The translations under genes were made by a program, and so were the position numbers. DNA of 61,826 bases from an uncultured Candidatus Saccharibacteria bacterium (GTDB lineage: Bacteria > Patescibacteriota > Minisyncoccia > Phycocordibacterales > UBA2100). The first letter of the stretch is position 1. Every line of letters begins with the position of its first letter. Shown piece after piece: positions 8,473-18,145 of the stretch. Location: the NCBI GenBank assembly GCA_964586255.1, contig CAZPGE010000006.1, forward strand, positions 1 through 61,826. Direction: 5' to 3'. The notes beneath the pieces are model-generated. The model had not been told where the DNA came from, made no database searches, and worked only from the letters and a program-made list of their open reading frames with translations.

Positions 8473-8938
8473 CTATAGAGTAAATGGCAAACGAGCGGCA
8501 TAAAATCAATTATGCCGCTCGTAAATACGGATCACTGTTTCGAGCTGAGATCTTGTTAAAGGATAGGTTTCGGGATGCTCAGCCGCTTTCCTGTAGAAAC
8601 CGATGTCACGCTCATTTCTCGGCTCGGGGATTCCCATACGCGGCGCCAGGCCCGATTGGCTCAATATCCCCATAGCAGTGATGTTGTTGAAGACATTTAC
8701 GAGCTTATCAAGCTCGCCCGCGTCGATTGCACGATGTGCGCCATCTCTCATGAACGAATTGAGTTTCTCGAGCATTTCCGACCCTCCTCTTGGCTGAACG
8801 GACTTATATCACCCCTGCGTGTTACAGTCTAGCTCATGGGAACACTTTCAAATAGTTGCGTCACCGGTAGGCAATCTCGAGTCCATCACTATAGGCGCGG
8901 GAGATATTTATAAAGTGGCAGAACAGATCGCTGACTGA
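8418..8938 (+). repeat. 55-bp imperfect direct repeat: murC 3' end (8418-8472) duplicated at 8884-8938
   Basis: The copies encode ITMGAGDIYKVAEQIAD* and ITIGAGDIYKVAEQIAD*. Differences fall at wobble positions, plus TAA versus TGA. Confidence 0.9.
8506..8775 (-). CDS. Orphan hypothetical protein (89 aa)
   Basis: Open frame with a strong SD (AGAGGAGG) upstream and natural composition; no family recognised. Confidence 0.7.
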   Translation of the reverse strand: MLEKLNSFMRDGAHRAIDAGELDKLVNVFNNITAMGILSQSGLAPRMGIPEPRNERDIGFYRKAAEHPETYPLTRSQLETVIRIYERHN

Positions 8939-8939
8939 T

Positions 8940-9377
8940 ATGGAGGAACCCGTACTTCATTCAAAACGACATGTAGCTGTATACGTTGCGTATCGCCGCT
9001 CACCGAACGGCACGTTTGAATTCTTTTTACAAAAGCGCGATATGAATGCTCCGACTCACCCGGGCATCTTCAGTATGTTCGGCGGTGGCACCGAAGATGA
9101 AGAGGATCCAAGGGCGGCCCTCATGAGAGAAGTCAAAGAAGAGCTCTGTTATGAACCGAAAGATCCTCTATATCTTATGAAGTGCGAGCGCTCAGTAGCA
9201 GTCTTTTACGTATTCATCGAAGCGGTTGGGCAAAACTTCGAGCGGCTTGTGGATGTCCAAGAAGGGGAATATGGAAAATTTCTCACTCTCGGCGACATGC
9301 AAAAAACCGAAGTGTCCGCTATCGCCCGGCTCATTACTACGGATATTAGTGAATGGTTGATGGGGAGTGGTCAGTGA
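8940..9377 (+). CDS. NUDIX hydrolase
   Basis: Nudix box FGGGTEDEEDPRAALMREVKEEL. Confidence 0.88.
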   Translation: MEEPVLHSKRHVAVYVAYRRSPNGTFEFFLQKRDMNAPTHPGIFSMFGGGTEDEEDPRAALMREVKEELCYEPKDPLYLMKCERSVAVFYVFIEAVGQNFERLVDVQEGEYGKFLTLGDMQKTEVSAIARLITTDISEWLMGSGQ

Positions 9378-9420
9378 GGCTGCATTGCGGACAGGAGGTG
9401 ACGATGGTAGCGTCATTCCT

Positions 9421-10113
9421 ATGAATGAGTCTTCAGAGCTTAGCGTTGGGAAGCTTTCAATAGTAGGAACACCGATAGGCAATCTCGGTGACCTCTCGTT
9501 TCGCGCGTTATGGAATCTCAAGGAGTGCTCCGTTATTTATGCTGAGGACACACGCGTAATATCGAAACTTCTTACACACTATGGCCTCCATAAGTCGCTT
9601 CAGCGTCTCGATGCTGCTACCGAGATAAAAAAAGCAAAAGATGTGTGCGATCGAATTGAAGCCGGTGAACACGTCGTCTATGTATCGGATGCGGGAACTC
9701 CGGGTATTTCCGACCCTGGCGCACGGCTCGTCGCGTATGTCCGCGCGCATATGCCCGAGGCACTCATAGAGGCCATACCTGGCCCCTCGGCACTCACTGC
9801 AGCGCTTTCTATTGCTGGGATAGATGCACCCACATTCACATTCTCCGGTTTCGCGCCTCATAAGAAAGGACGCCAGACTTTTATTAAGGAGCTCGCCAAG
9901 AGTGCCATCCCCGTCGTCTTATACGAGTCGCCACACCGTATACAAAAGCTTCTCTCTGAACTTGATGCAGTGGGTATACAGAAAGTGAGCATCGGACGCG
10001 AGCTAACGAAGCTCCATGAAGAAATGCTCGTGGGTACCCCCAAGGAGCTCTCCGATAGTCTCAAAAAACGTAAGGCGGAGCGGGGAGAATTCGTGGTAAT
10101 TGTCGAGCCGTAG
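9421..10113 (+). CDS. rsmI: 16S rRNA (cytidine1402-2'-O)-methyltransferase
   Basis: IVGTPIGNLGDLSFRA, AEDTR, VSDAGTPGISDPG, IPGPSA, YESPHR, RELTKLHEE and GEFVVIV. Start uncertain (9367 or 9421). Confidence 0.93.
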   Translation: MNESSELSVGKLSIVGTPIGNLGDLSFRALWNLKECSVIYAEDTRVISKLLTHYGLHKSLQRLDAATEIKKAKDVCDRIEAGEHVVYVSDAGTPGISDPGARLVAYVRAHMPEALIEAIPGPSALTAALSIAGIDAPTFTFSGFAPHKKGRQTFIKELAKSAIPVVLYESPHRIQKLLSELDAVGIQKVSIGRELTKLHEEMLVGTPKELSDSLKKRKAERGEFVVIVEP

Positions 10114-10178
10114 TCATTGGGATTGTGCACAGGAGAGCAAAAATTGGAGCCACCGTGACCAGAGGGTATACTCTCGAT

Positions 10179-10427
10179 ATGACACTCGACACGCTCATTA
10201 TGCTCTCTGGTGCATTTGTCGCGACACTCCCTTTTTTGGGCTTCCCCAATTCGTGGGATTCTGCCCTCTTCTTTATCGCGGGCGCATTTGTCATTGGCCT
10301 CGGTATCGTCGTACGACGTCGCGGAGGTAGCTTCGGCGCCGCCTCCTCGCGGGACACACGTTACGTAGAACATCAGCATTCGCAGGCAGAGATGTCGCAC
10401 CCTGAGACTTCGCATGGTCAATCATAA
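10179..10427 (+). CDS. Small two-TM membrane protein
   Basis: Two hydrophobic segments (MLSGAFVATLPFLGFP; ALFFIAGAFVIGLGIVV) followed by RRR. TATACT lies 6 nt upstream of ATG 10179. Confidence 0.7.
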   Translation: MTLDTLIMLSGAFVATLPFLGFPNSWDSALFFIAGAFVIGLGIVVRRRGGSFGAASSRDTRYVEHQHSQAEMSHPETSHGQS

Positions 10428-11655
10428 AGCGAGACAGCGAAGGAGGATTGGAGCGGTCCTTTTTGGCGTGGCCGCGCCGGCGGTAGTCGCAGCCGGACTC
10501 TTCATATCGCTCTCGTCCCCTTCGGCGGTCTTCTCTCGCATCGCCACGTCGTCCCCGCTGGTTGGAATTACTGAGCCTGAGAAGCCCCGCGTTGCGCATG
10601 TTCAGACACCAAACGCTGTAAAAGCCATTTACATGTCTCAGTGCGCTGCAGGTACGCCATCCTTTCGCAAGGATCTTATGCAGCTTATTGATACGACTGA
10701 GCTCAACGCCATCGTCATCGATATCCGCGATTACACGGGCAAAATATCGTTTCCTGTAACAGACCCTGCGCTCTCGCCATATATATCGGACGAATGCGGT
10801 GCGCCCGACATGAAGGACTTTGTGAAAGAATTGCACGACAAAAATATCTACGTGATTGGGCGCATCACGGTATTTCAAAACCCTGCATACACGAAAGACC
10901 ATCCTGATCAGGCGGTGCAAAGGGCAGGCGGAGGCGTCTGGAAAGACCACAAGGGCCTTGCGTTTGTCGATGTGGGCGCAAAACCATATTGGGATACCGT
11001 GGTATCGCTTGCAAAGGAGTCGTACGACATCGGATTCGACGAACTCAATTTCGATTACATACGTTTTCCCTCCGACGGCCCGATGAAGGAAGCGGTCTAC
11101 AAGTGGAGTAGTGGTAAGTCAAAACCCGAAGCCCTCGAAGAATTCTTCGCGTATTTACACAACGCTATCAAGGACACAGGGATGAAAACGTCGGCAGACC
11201 TCTTCGGAATGACGACTACCAATACCGACGACCTCAATATCGGACAAGTACTGGAGCGTGCGCTTCCGTATTTCGACTACATTGCACCGATGGTCTATCC
11301 ATCGCACTATCCTTCGGGCTTCAATGGCTATACAAAGGTGAATGAGCATTCATACGATATTGTGCATTTTGCGATGAGCGAAGCGGTGCGGCGCACTGTG
11401 GCGACCACGACTTCTGTCGAAGGGCTTACACATACCCGTATCGGCACATCGACGCCAGCCATCTATAGCAAACCAGCATATCCCGCGAGCAAAATGAGGC
11501 CGTGGCTTCAAGATTTCGACTATCCGGTCGAGTACACGCCTGCGATGGTGCGTGCGCAGATTCAAGCAAATACTGACGCAGGTCTCAATTCGTACCTCTT
11601 TTGGGACCCGGCCAACAAATACAGTAGTCTGCGACAGATAGTCTCAGCGCAATAA
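10414..11655 (+). CDS. Putative glycoside hydrolase, DUF4015 family, N-terminally anchored
   Basis: VKAIYM, ELNAIVIDIRD, IYVIGRITVFQ, GFDELNFDYIRFPSDG, SADLFG, IAPMVYPSHY and RPWLQDF. Confidence 0.8.
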   Translation: MVNHKARQRRRIGAVLFGVAAPAVVAAGLFISLSSPSAVFSRIATSSPLVGITEPEKPRVAHVQTPNAVKAIYMSQCAAGTPSFRKDLMQLIDTTELNAIVIDIRDYTGKISFPVTDPALSPYISDECGAPDMKDFVKELHDKNIYVIGRITVFQNPAYTKDHPDQAVQRAGGGVWKDHKGLAFVDVGAKPYWDTVVSLAKESYDIGFDELNFDYIRFPSDGPMKEAVYKWSSGKSKPEALEEFFAYLHNAIKDTGMKTSADLFGMTTTNTDDLNIGQVLERALPYFDYIAPMVYPSHYPSGFNGYTKVNEHSYDIVHFAMSEAVRRTVATTTSVEGLTHTRIGTSTPAIYSKPAYPASKMRPWLQDFDYPVEYTPAMVRAQIQANTDAGLNSYLFWDPANKYSSLRQIVSAQ

Positions 11656-11705
11656 ACGGCGCTTGCCTGTCTGCTGGCGCAGACGCTTCTTGGTATACTT
11701 TCTCT

Positions 11706-13637
11706 ATGTCCGATCATCACGACGATCACTCCCACCAAGATCACAAGCCGCATCCGGATCAATTTGACGATGATAGGCGCATCACATACTTCGCCTCTAC
11801 GCACACGCGCGGGAAGCGCGAGATGTTTGGTATTCGCGCAATCGACAGAGGAAAGCACATATATGTGATCGGCAAGACGGGTATGGGCAAATCGACCATG
11901 CTCGAAAACATGGCGATTCAAGATATCCAAAACGGCGAAGGTATCGCGTTCATTGATCCGCACGGCTCGACGGCGGAAAAACTTCTCGATTTCATCCCGC
12001 AGGAGCGCATCTCGGATGTAGTGTACTTCGCGCCCTTTGACACCGACTACCCTCTAGGCTTCAACGTGATGGAGGATGTGGGGTACGACAAGCGCCATCT
12101 CGTGGTCTCCGGTCTCATGGGCGCACTCAAGCGCATATGGGTCGATGCGTGGAGCGCGCGCATGGAATACATCTTGCAAAATACATTGCTCGCTCTTCTC
12201 GAGTACCCAGATTCGACACTGCTCGATGTGAATCGAATGCTCACCAACAAGACATTTCGCAACGCGGTCATCGAGGTGATAACCGACCCCATCGTGAAAG
12301 CATTTTGGGTAGAAGAGTTCGCTGCGTTCACCGATACGTACACGCGCGAGGCGACGCCGGCGATTCAAAACAAGATAGGCCAGTTCACCGCGAATCCTCT
12401 GATTCGCAACATCGTGGGCCAAGCGAAATCCAGTTTCGACCTGCGTAAAATAATGGATGAAAAGAAAATCTTTATTGTCAACCTCTCCAAAGGGCGGATG
12501 GGCGAGACCAACGCATCCCTCCTCGGCTCGATGCTCACCGTCAAGATTTACCTCGCTGCTATGTCGCGTGCCGACGAACCCGCTGCGCGTATGGCGAAGC
12601 TTCCGCGATTCTATTTTTATGTGGACGAATTCCAGTCGATGATGAACGAGGCATTTGCCGACATTCTTTCGGAGTCGCGTAAATACAAGCTCGCGCTTAC
12701 GCTTGCCAACCAATACATCGAACAGATGGAAGAGGAGGTACGCGACGCCGTATTCGGCAACGTCGGTACGCTTATCGTGTTTCGAGTAGGTCCGTTTGAT
12801 GCGGAAGTCCTTGAGACGGTTTTTGAGCCAACCTTCACGCCGGAGGACTTGGTGAACCTGGGCATTGGGCAGATATACCTTACGCTCATGATAGACGGTG
12901 TTGGTTCTGCGCCATTTTCATCAGAGACAATCCCGCCCATAGAGCCACCTCATGTCACATACCGTGATGATGTAATTATGACCTCGCGTCATGCGTACGG
13001 CCGTCCGAAAACTACGGTGGAGAAGCATATCCATGAGAAGCAGGCGGAGTTTATCCCGCCACCGCGAGAGAAGAAAGAAAAACGTGATTTTCGACCAAGC
13101 GGTCCAAGGTACGAACCCTCTCCTGTGGTTGCTCCTATCGAGAAGCTTCGCGAGACACGGCCTGAGCCTCAGCCTGCCTCTGCCGTGGTGAGACACGAAC
13201 CTGCGCAGTCGTTTCCGCACAGAAGCGACGCGCCAAGACGAGAGCAAAGAGAAGTTGAGCACCGCGGTTCACTACGTGATGCCATCGAAAAAGCTCGTGC
13301 AGAGGGAATCGCGTCTACACCACTGCCGTCGCAACCATCGCGCTCTCCGCTCGATATGATGCGCGAGAAAAAAGCCCAGAAACATGGACAGCAACCACAA
13401 GAGCCGCGAGCACAGGAGCATCGCGGAGAGGAGCGCAGAGAGCATCAGTCAAAGCCGCCGCAGCAAGAATCGCGACATGAGCCAGATCCCGCGCACGCAG
13501 ACATTCCGAAAAAGCCAGAGGGGCGAGAGCGTGATGAGCGCCCACGACACGAACATGTGGGGGAAGTGTCGCACCAAGTCCTCCAGAGAGTCATCAACGG
13601 ACGTGGCGGCCATGTCCGCGACAACGACGATCTCTAA
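11706..13637 (+). CDS. VirD4/TraD/HerA-like P-loop ATPase with a long charged, low-complexity C-terminal tail
   Basis: Walker A GKTGMGKS, FIDPHG, Walker B YFYVDEFQ, SESRKYKLALTLANQY and VFGNVGTLIVFRVG. Confidence 0.85.
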   Translation: MSDHHDDHSHQDHKPHPDQFDDDRRITYFASTHTRGKREMFGIRAIDRGKHIYVIGKTGMGKSTMLENMAIQDIQNGEGIAFIDPHGSTAEKLLDFIPQERISDVVYFAPFDTDYPLGFNVMEDVGYDKRHLVVSGLMGALKRIWVDAWSARMEYILQNTLLALLEYPDSTLLDVNRMLTNKTFRNAVIEVITDPIVKAFWVEEFAAFTDTYTREATPAIQNKIGQFTANPLIRNIVGQAKSSFDLRKIMDEKKIFIVNLSKGRMGETNASLLGSMLTVKIYLAAMSRADEPAARMAKLPRFYFYVDEFQSMMNEAFADILSESRKYKLALTLANQYIEQMEEEVRDAVFGNVGTLIVFRVGPFDAEVLETVFEPTFTPEDLVNLGIGQIYLTLMIDGVGSAPFSSETIPPIEPPHVTYRDDVIMTSRHAYGRPKTTVEKHIHEKQAEFIPPPREKKEKRDFRPSGPRYEPSPVVAPIEKLRETRPEPQPASAVVRHEPAQSFPHRSDAPRREQREVEHRGSLRDAIEKARAEGIASTPLPSQPSRSPLDMMREKKAQKHGQQPQEPRAQEHRGEERREHQSKPPQQESRHEPDPAHADIPKKPEGRERDERPRHEHVGEVSHQVLQRVINGRGGHVRDNDDL

Positions 13638-13695
13638 TCCACACCCACGGATTGCCTGAAGCGATTCTGCGCGCCTGTGAGCAATAATGGTGTTC

Positions 13696-15039
13696 ATGAA
13701 GCAGGCGATACTCGCCGCAATTATAGTGCTCGGTCCACTTGTGGTACGCGCTGATGTTGCGCAATTTGTGTTTACGACGACAGCTCAGACTGTGGCACCG
13801 AGTGTTGCGACTGAGCAAGTGACGCTTGAGGCGCAGGATGCGTCGGGCCAGCCCGTGAGTGGAAGTACACTCTGTATCCGCATCACATCCTCATCAGGAA
13901 GCGGGCAATTCTCTACGAACACCTCCTGGAGTGACCCTCTGTCTACACTGACACTCACACTGAGCTCAAATCAATCTCGCAGGAATTTCTACTACCGGGA
14001 TGCGTCGAGTGGGTCCCACATACTATCAGCTGAGGCCGCGCCCCGACCGGACGGAAGCACGTGTACGCAATGGTCGCCGGATAGCGGCGTGTCGTGGACC
14101 GCGAGCCACACGGTGACCGTCTCGGGGAGCACTCAAACGACAGAGCAAAACAATACCGCGACTACGACACCATCAGAGAATCAAACGACGAATACAACAC
14201 CGATACAAAATACCCCGGTGACTTCGTATGTGGCGCCCCCTGAGCCGACACTTTTTGCCGACGCTGGCTTAGATAGGGTCGTGATAGTGGGAGCACATAC
14301 AGAATATGTCGCCCGCGCATACAATCGGAAAAAAGAGCCTGTAGGTAACGCGAGTTTTCGATGGAATTTCGGCGATGGCACGACCGCTACTGGCCCATCT
14401 GTCTTGCACCATTTCGAATATCCGGGCAAGTACGTGGTTGTCGCCTCTATATCTCAAGATACGGAGTCGGTCTCGGACCGAATTATCGTGACTGCCGAAC
14501 CTGCGCAGCTCGGTTTCTTTGTCGAGCAAGATGGAAGCGTCAGGATTGATAACAATGCGGGGCGGGACCTCGACCTCTCAGCGTGGATCGTGCGCGCGTT
14601 CTTCCGGGAGTTTTTACTGCCCGAGGACTCAATCATCCTTGCTGGTGCATCTATGCGTATTTCGACCAAGACAATCGGATTCTTTGCAGGACCAGAGACT
14701 GAGCTCGCATACCCCAATGGCGCCCTTGCACTCAAGAGTAATCAAGCGTCTAAGACGGAGGTTGCGCCACCTCCATCTCCAGCGCCAATGCCCATCGTAC
14801 GTGCTCAAACGTCGGTCGCATCAAAAAGGACGCGAACGGTCACTGAAGACGCTGAACAGAAAATCGACCCGATATTCGAGCCCGTGGCAACTTCGCAAGT
14901 TGCCGCGGCTGCTGCAGTTTCGCTCGGAGGCTACTGGTGGCTGGGCGCGCTCGCGCTCGCGGGGATTACTGGGGCTGGTGCAGTAGTAATGAGACGTATG
15001 CGTAGCGGGGAGTGGGATGTGATTGAGGATTCACAATAA
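13696..15039 (+). CDS. Secreted/anchored PKD-domain surface protein (signal peptide, Ig-like region, Thr linker, PKD, lamin-tail-like domain, C-terminal TM)
   Basis: ADAGLDR..FRWNFGDGTTATG..HHFEYPGKY (PKD); IDNNAGRDLDLSAW (LTD-like); C-terminal TM followed by RRMR. Confidence 0.75.
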   Translation: MKQAILAAIIVLGPLVVRADVAQFVFTTTAQTVAPSVATEQVTLEAQDASGQPVSGSTLCIRITSSSGSGQFSTNTSWSDPLSTLTLTLSSNQSRRNFYYRDASSGSHILSAEAAPRPDGSTCTQWSPDSGVSWTASHTVTVSGSTQTTEQNNTATTTPSENQTTNTTPIQNTPVTSYVAPPEPTLFADAGLDRVVIVGAHTEYVARAYNRKKEPVGNASFRWNFGDGTTATGPSVLHHFEYPGKYVVVASISQDTESVSDRIIVTAEPAQLGFFVEQDGSVRIDNNAGRDLDLSAWIVRAFFREFLLPEDSIILAGASMRISTKTIGFFAGPETELAYPNGALALKSNQASKTEVAPPPSPAPMPIVRAQTSVASKRTRTVTEDAEQKIDPIFEPVATSQVAAAAAVSLGGYWWLGALALAGITGAGAVVMRRMRSGEWDVIEDSQ

Positions 15040-15058
15040 GCAGTGTAGTCTACTCAAC

Positions 15059-15931
15059 ATGACAGAGCAGAAGACGGTGCTAGTGACAGGCGGCGCGGGA
15101 CTTATCGGTTCGCACCTCATCGAACTGTTGCTCAAACAAGGATATCGCGTTGTTTCGCTCGACAACTACTTCATCGGTAAAACGGAAAGTCATATCGATG
15201 GCGCTGAATACGTGCAGGGTAATACCAAGGATATAGAGCAACTACTCGGGAAAGAAAATCCGGCAATCATCTTTCATCTTGGCGAGTATTCTCGTGTCGA
15301 GCAGAGCTTCGACGATATTGCGCTCGTGTGGGAGTCCAACGTGGAAGGGACGTTTCGTGTACTCGAGTACTGGCGCAAGCGGAAGTGCAAGCTCGTGTAT
15401 GCCGGCTCGAGCACCAAATTCTCCGACGAAGGTGCAGGCAGAAATCAATCGCCCTACGCGTGGATGAAAGCGAGCAATACAGAGCTCGTCACAAACTACG
15501 GCGAGTGGTACGGGCTTGAGTATGCCATCGCATACTTTTCCAACAATTATGGCTCGCGAGAGCTTTCAGAAGGTCAGTATGCATCGGTGATGGGACGCTT
15601 CAAAACTCAGTATGCGAAGGGAGAGCCGATTACCGTGGTTTCCCCGGGGACGCAACAGCGCCGATTGACGTATGTGGGCGATACAGCGCGCGCTCTTCTC
15701 ATGATAGGAGAAAAAGGAACGGGAGACGACTATGGAATAGCGAGCCCGGAAGTGTACTCGATTCTCGAGATTGCGAAAATGTTTACCGACAATATCGTGA
15801 TGATGCCGGAACGTAAGGGAAATCGTATGGACTCGGTAGTCGACACGACGCGTATCGAGAAAGAGTTTGGCTGGAAGCCAGAGATGACAGTGAAAGAATA
15901 TATCGAGTCACTCAAAAAAGACACAACGTAG
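15059..15931 (+). CDS. NAD-dependent epimerase/dehydratase
   Basis: VLVTGGAGLIGSHL, YAGSS and YAWMK (YxxxK). Confidence 0.88.
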   Translation: MTEQKTVLVTGGAGLIGSHLIELLLKQGYRVVSLDNYFIGKTESHIDGAEYVQGNTKDIEQLLGKENPAIIFHLGEYSRVEQSFDDIALVWESNVEGTFRVLEYWRKRKCKLVYAGSSTKFSDEGAGRNQSPYAWMKASNTELVTNYGEWYGLEYAIAYFSNNYGSRELSEGQYASVMGRFKTQYAKGEPITVVSPGTQQRRLTYVGDTARALLMIGEKGTGDDYGIASPEVYSILEIAKMFTDNIVMMPERKGNRMDSVVDTTRIEKEFGWKPEMTVKEYIESLKKDTT

Positions 15932-15932
15932 T

Positions 15933-16616
15933 ATGGAGAGAAAGAAGACGGCCGTCTTAATATCTGGGCAACATCTTCAGGCTGAGGGGTGGGACGAGGT
16001 GATGTGGGGCGACCCGTCCGTTGGTCGCGAAGGCCGAATTGCCAGAGGGCTCATCGAGGCTCTCCGATGGGACGCTGAGATGATTGGATTTGGCACCGGT
16101 GCATCAGAGCGTGATGGCAAAAAGGAGGCGGATATCATCTATGAATATGCACAAGAGCACATTAGTACGCTACCGGCCTTTTCTGATTTAGAGGACCCAT
16201 CGGGTTGGCTTGCTGAACGGGCAGTTATTGACCGTGTGACGCAGAATACTCGTGAAGAAGTGAAGGCTGCAGCCGAGATTGCTATAAGCCGCGGCATAGA
16301 GCGTATCGTTCTCGTTTCGAGCCCCACACATATCTTTCGAGCCCATCAGAGTGCGCTCTCCCTTTTCTCATCTGACGAGCGATTCGGCAATCTTGCTCAC
16401 GAACTCTATGCTGTTTCGTCAGACGTTCCGTATGCAGGTGCGACTGTCGATGACGTCGTCATTATCGAGCCGCCGCATCGAGGTGATTTGCCAAGGATAC
16501 TTTTTCATACAAATGCGAAGCGCATCTTTCAATTCTTGAAAGATGCGGATGTTGCTCGCGGATTTAATGATGCGTGGGGAATCCTCATCGACGAGTGGAA
16601 GAAAAAATTACTATGA
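15933..16616 (+). CDS. YdcF/DUF218-like protein (tentative)
   Basis: TQNTREE..AA and VLVSSPTHIFRA resemble the DUF218 S.NT.EN and LVTS..H..RA motifs. Confidence 0.5.
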   Translation: MERKKTAVLISGQHLQAEGWDEVMWGDPSVGREGRIARGLIEALRWDAEMIGFGTGASERDGKKEADIIYEYAQEHISTLPAFSDLEDPSGWLAERAVIDRVTQNTREEVKAAAEIAISRGIERIVLVSSPTHIFRAHQSALSLFSSDERFGNLAHELYAVSSDVPYAGATVDDVVIIEPPHRGDLPRILFHTNAKRIFQFLKDADVARGFNDAWGILIDEWKKKLL

Positions 16617-17836
16617 AGCGCATACTTATCTTTTCGCTTACGTACCACCCCTTTGTGGGTGGAGCGGAGGTTGCGATAAAAGAAATTACAGACCGCATCG
16701 ACCAGGCTGAGTACGCCTTTGACATGGTGACGCTGCGATTCGACTCTTCGCTTCCGAAAGTCGAAAAGCGCGGCAATGTGACGATACACCGTGTAGGCCC
16801 CTCGGTCGCCGGTGCGAAAGTATCCGACAGGAATCTTCCCCTTACGCTACGTCTGGCCAAGGCACTTTTCCCTTTTACTGCCTGCGCAAAGGCTCTCATG
16901 CTTAGTCGAACGAACGCATACGACATGACATGGGCGATGATGGCCAATTCCGCCGGTTTTGGGGCACTCTTTTTCAAATACTTCCGCCCCACAATGCCGT
17001 ATTTTCTAGAGCTTCAAGATGGTCGGGCATTCGCCGACATGCCGAAGCGTCGCCCTATTTTGCGGCTGATATGGCAGCTTTATGCGCGTGTCTACCTGAA
17101 GGCAGACAAAATCAAGGCGATATCGCACTTTATCGAGCGAGAAGTGCGAGGTATGGGGTATGAGAAGGAAGTTGTGGTCATACCCAACGCGGTTGATGTG
17201 GCGAAGTTCTCGCGTGAAGTACCTGAAGAGAAGCTGGCGGAAGTGAAAGCGAAGCTCGGGAAGCGAATGGGAGATGTGTTTCTCTTCACGGCTTCCAGAC
17301 TCGTTCTTTCTCGTGGCGTAGAAGATACCATACGTGCGCTCGCTTTTCTGCCCGCCAACGTCAAGCTGCTTGTCGCGGGCGCCGGGGAGGATAAAGACAA
17401 GCTCGAGAAGATTGCGTATGACATCGGTGTTGCGGAGCGAATTCTTTTTGTCGGGCACATCGATCATAGTGAGCTCCCGGTATATTACAAAGTATCGGAT
17501 ATCTTCGTGCGGCCGTCAGTAATCGAAGGATTCGGCAACTCGTTTGTGGAAGCATTTGCGGCAGGCATACCGGTAGTCGCGACACCTGTCGGTGGTATAC
17601 CAGATTTTCTTACCGACCCCGACAAGGACCCCGATTCCGAACCGACAGGAATCTTTTGTGAAGTCAACAATCCCGAGTCCGTGGCACGCGCAGTGGAAAG
17701 ATATATGAATGACCCGGCCCTCACTGAGCGGATACGGAGAAATGCAAAAGAGCTTGCGGCGCAGAAATATGATTGGAACATCGTGGCCGAAAGCATGAAA
17801 AAACGAGTGTTTGAGTCTTTGACAAATAGTGGATAA
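16613..17836 (+). CDS. Glycosyltransferase family 4
   Basis: GGAEV, VIPNAVD, RPSVIEGFGNSFVEAFAAGIPVVATPVGGI. Confidence 0.92.
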   Translation: MKRILIFSLTYHPFVGGAEVAIKEITDRIDQAEYAFDMVTLRFDSSLPKVEKRGNVTIHRVGPSVAGAKVSDRNLPLTLRLAKALFPFTACAKALMLSRTNAYDMTWAMMANSAGFGALFFKYFRPTMPYFLELQDGRAFADMPKRRPILRLIWQLYARVYLKADKIKAISHFIEREVRGMGYEKEVVVIPNAVDVAKFSREVPEEKLAEVKAKLGKRMGDVFLFTASRLVLSRGVEDTIRALAFLPANVKLLVAGAGEDKDKLEKIAYDIGVAERILFVGHIDHSELPVYYKVSDIFVRPSVIEGFGNSFVEAFAAGIPVVATPVGGIPDFLTDPDKDPDSEPTGIFCEVNNPESVARAVERYMNDPALTERIRRNAKELAAQKYDWNIVAESMKKRVFESLTNSG

Positions 17837-17892
17837 CGGACTTGGTCATACCTGCTAAATAGTGTTTGATTGTGGTGGAGGAGGGAAGCACC

Positions 17893-18060
17893 ATGTCCCC
17901 ATTCTTTCTCTTTCCGATCCCCATCGAGCTCGTCCACAAGGAGTTCACGAAGCAGATGATGGCCCAGATGGCCATCGCGCACTCTGTCCTCGCGATGAAC
18001 ACCCACGTGGTGACGCAGCTATCCTGGGTATGCTCGCGACTCATGGTCGCGATGCGGTGA
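17893..18060 (+). CDS. Orphan small protein (55 aa, Met-rich)
   Basis: GGAGGAGG SD upstream of ATG 17893, followed by a hairpin terminator; no family recognised. Confidence 0.55.
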   Translation: MSPFFLFPIPIELVHKEFTKQMMAQMAIAHSVLAMNTHVVTQLSWVCSRLMVAMR

Positions 18061-18087
18061 CGCCAAGGCGTCACGTTCACTAAGCTA

Positions 18088-18119
18088 CGAACGGGGCCAT
18101 TCGCGCCCCGTTTCGCTTT
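18088..18119 (+). terminator. Hairpin/terminator after the orphan ORF
   Basis: AACGGGGC-N7-GCCCCGTT followed by TCGCTTT. Confidence 0.55.
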
Positions 18120-18145
18120 GTCTCAACCAGAGATACAATGTCGCG

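Noticed and set aside
8418-8938. murC-end duplication as a DGR template/variable repeat pair
   Set aside because: Mismatches are not adenine-specific (G/T, C/T, C/A and others) and track codon wobble positions. No reverse transcriptase is in the window.
11706-13637. Conjugative element/T4SS
   Set aside because: No relaxase, VirB components, integrase or boundaries; flanked by housekeeping genes.
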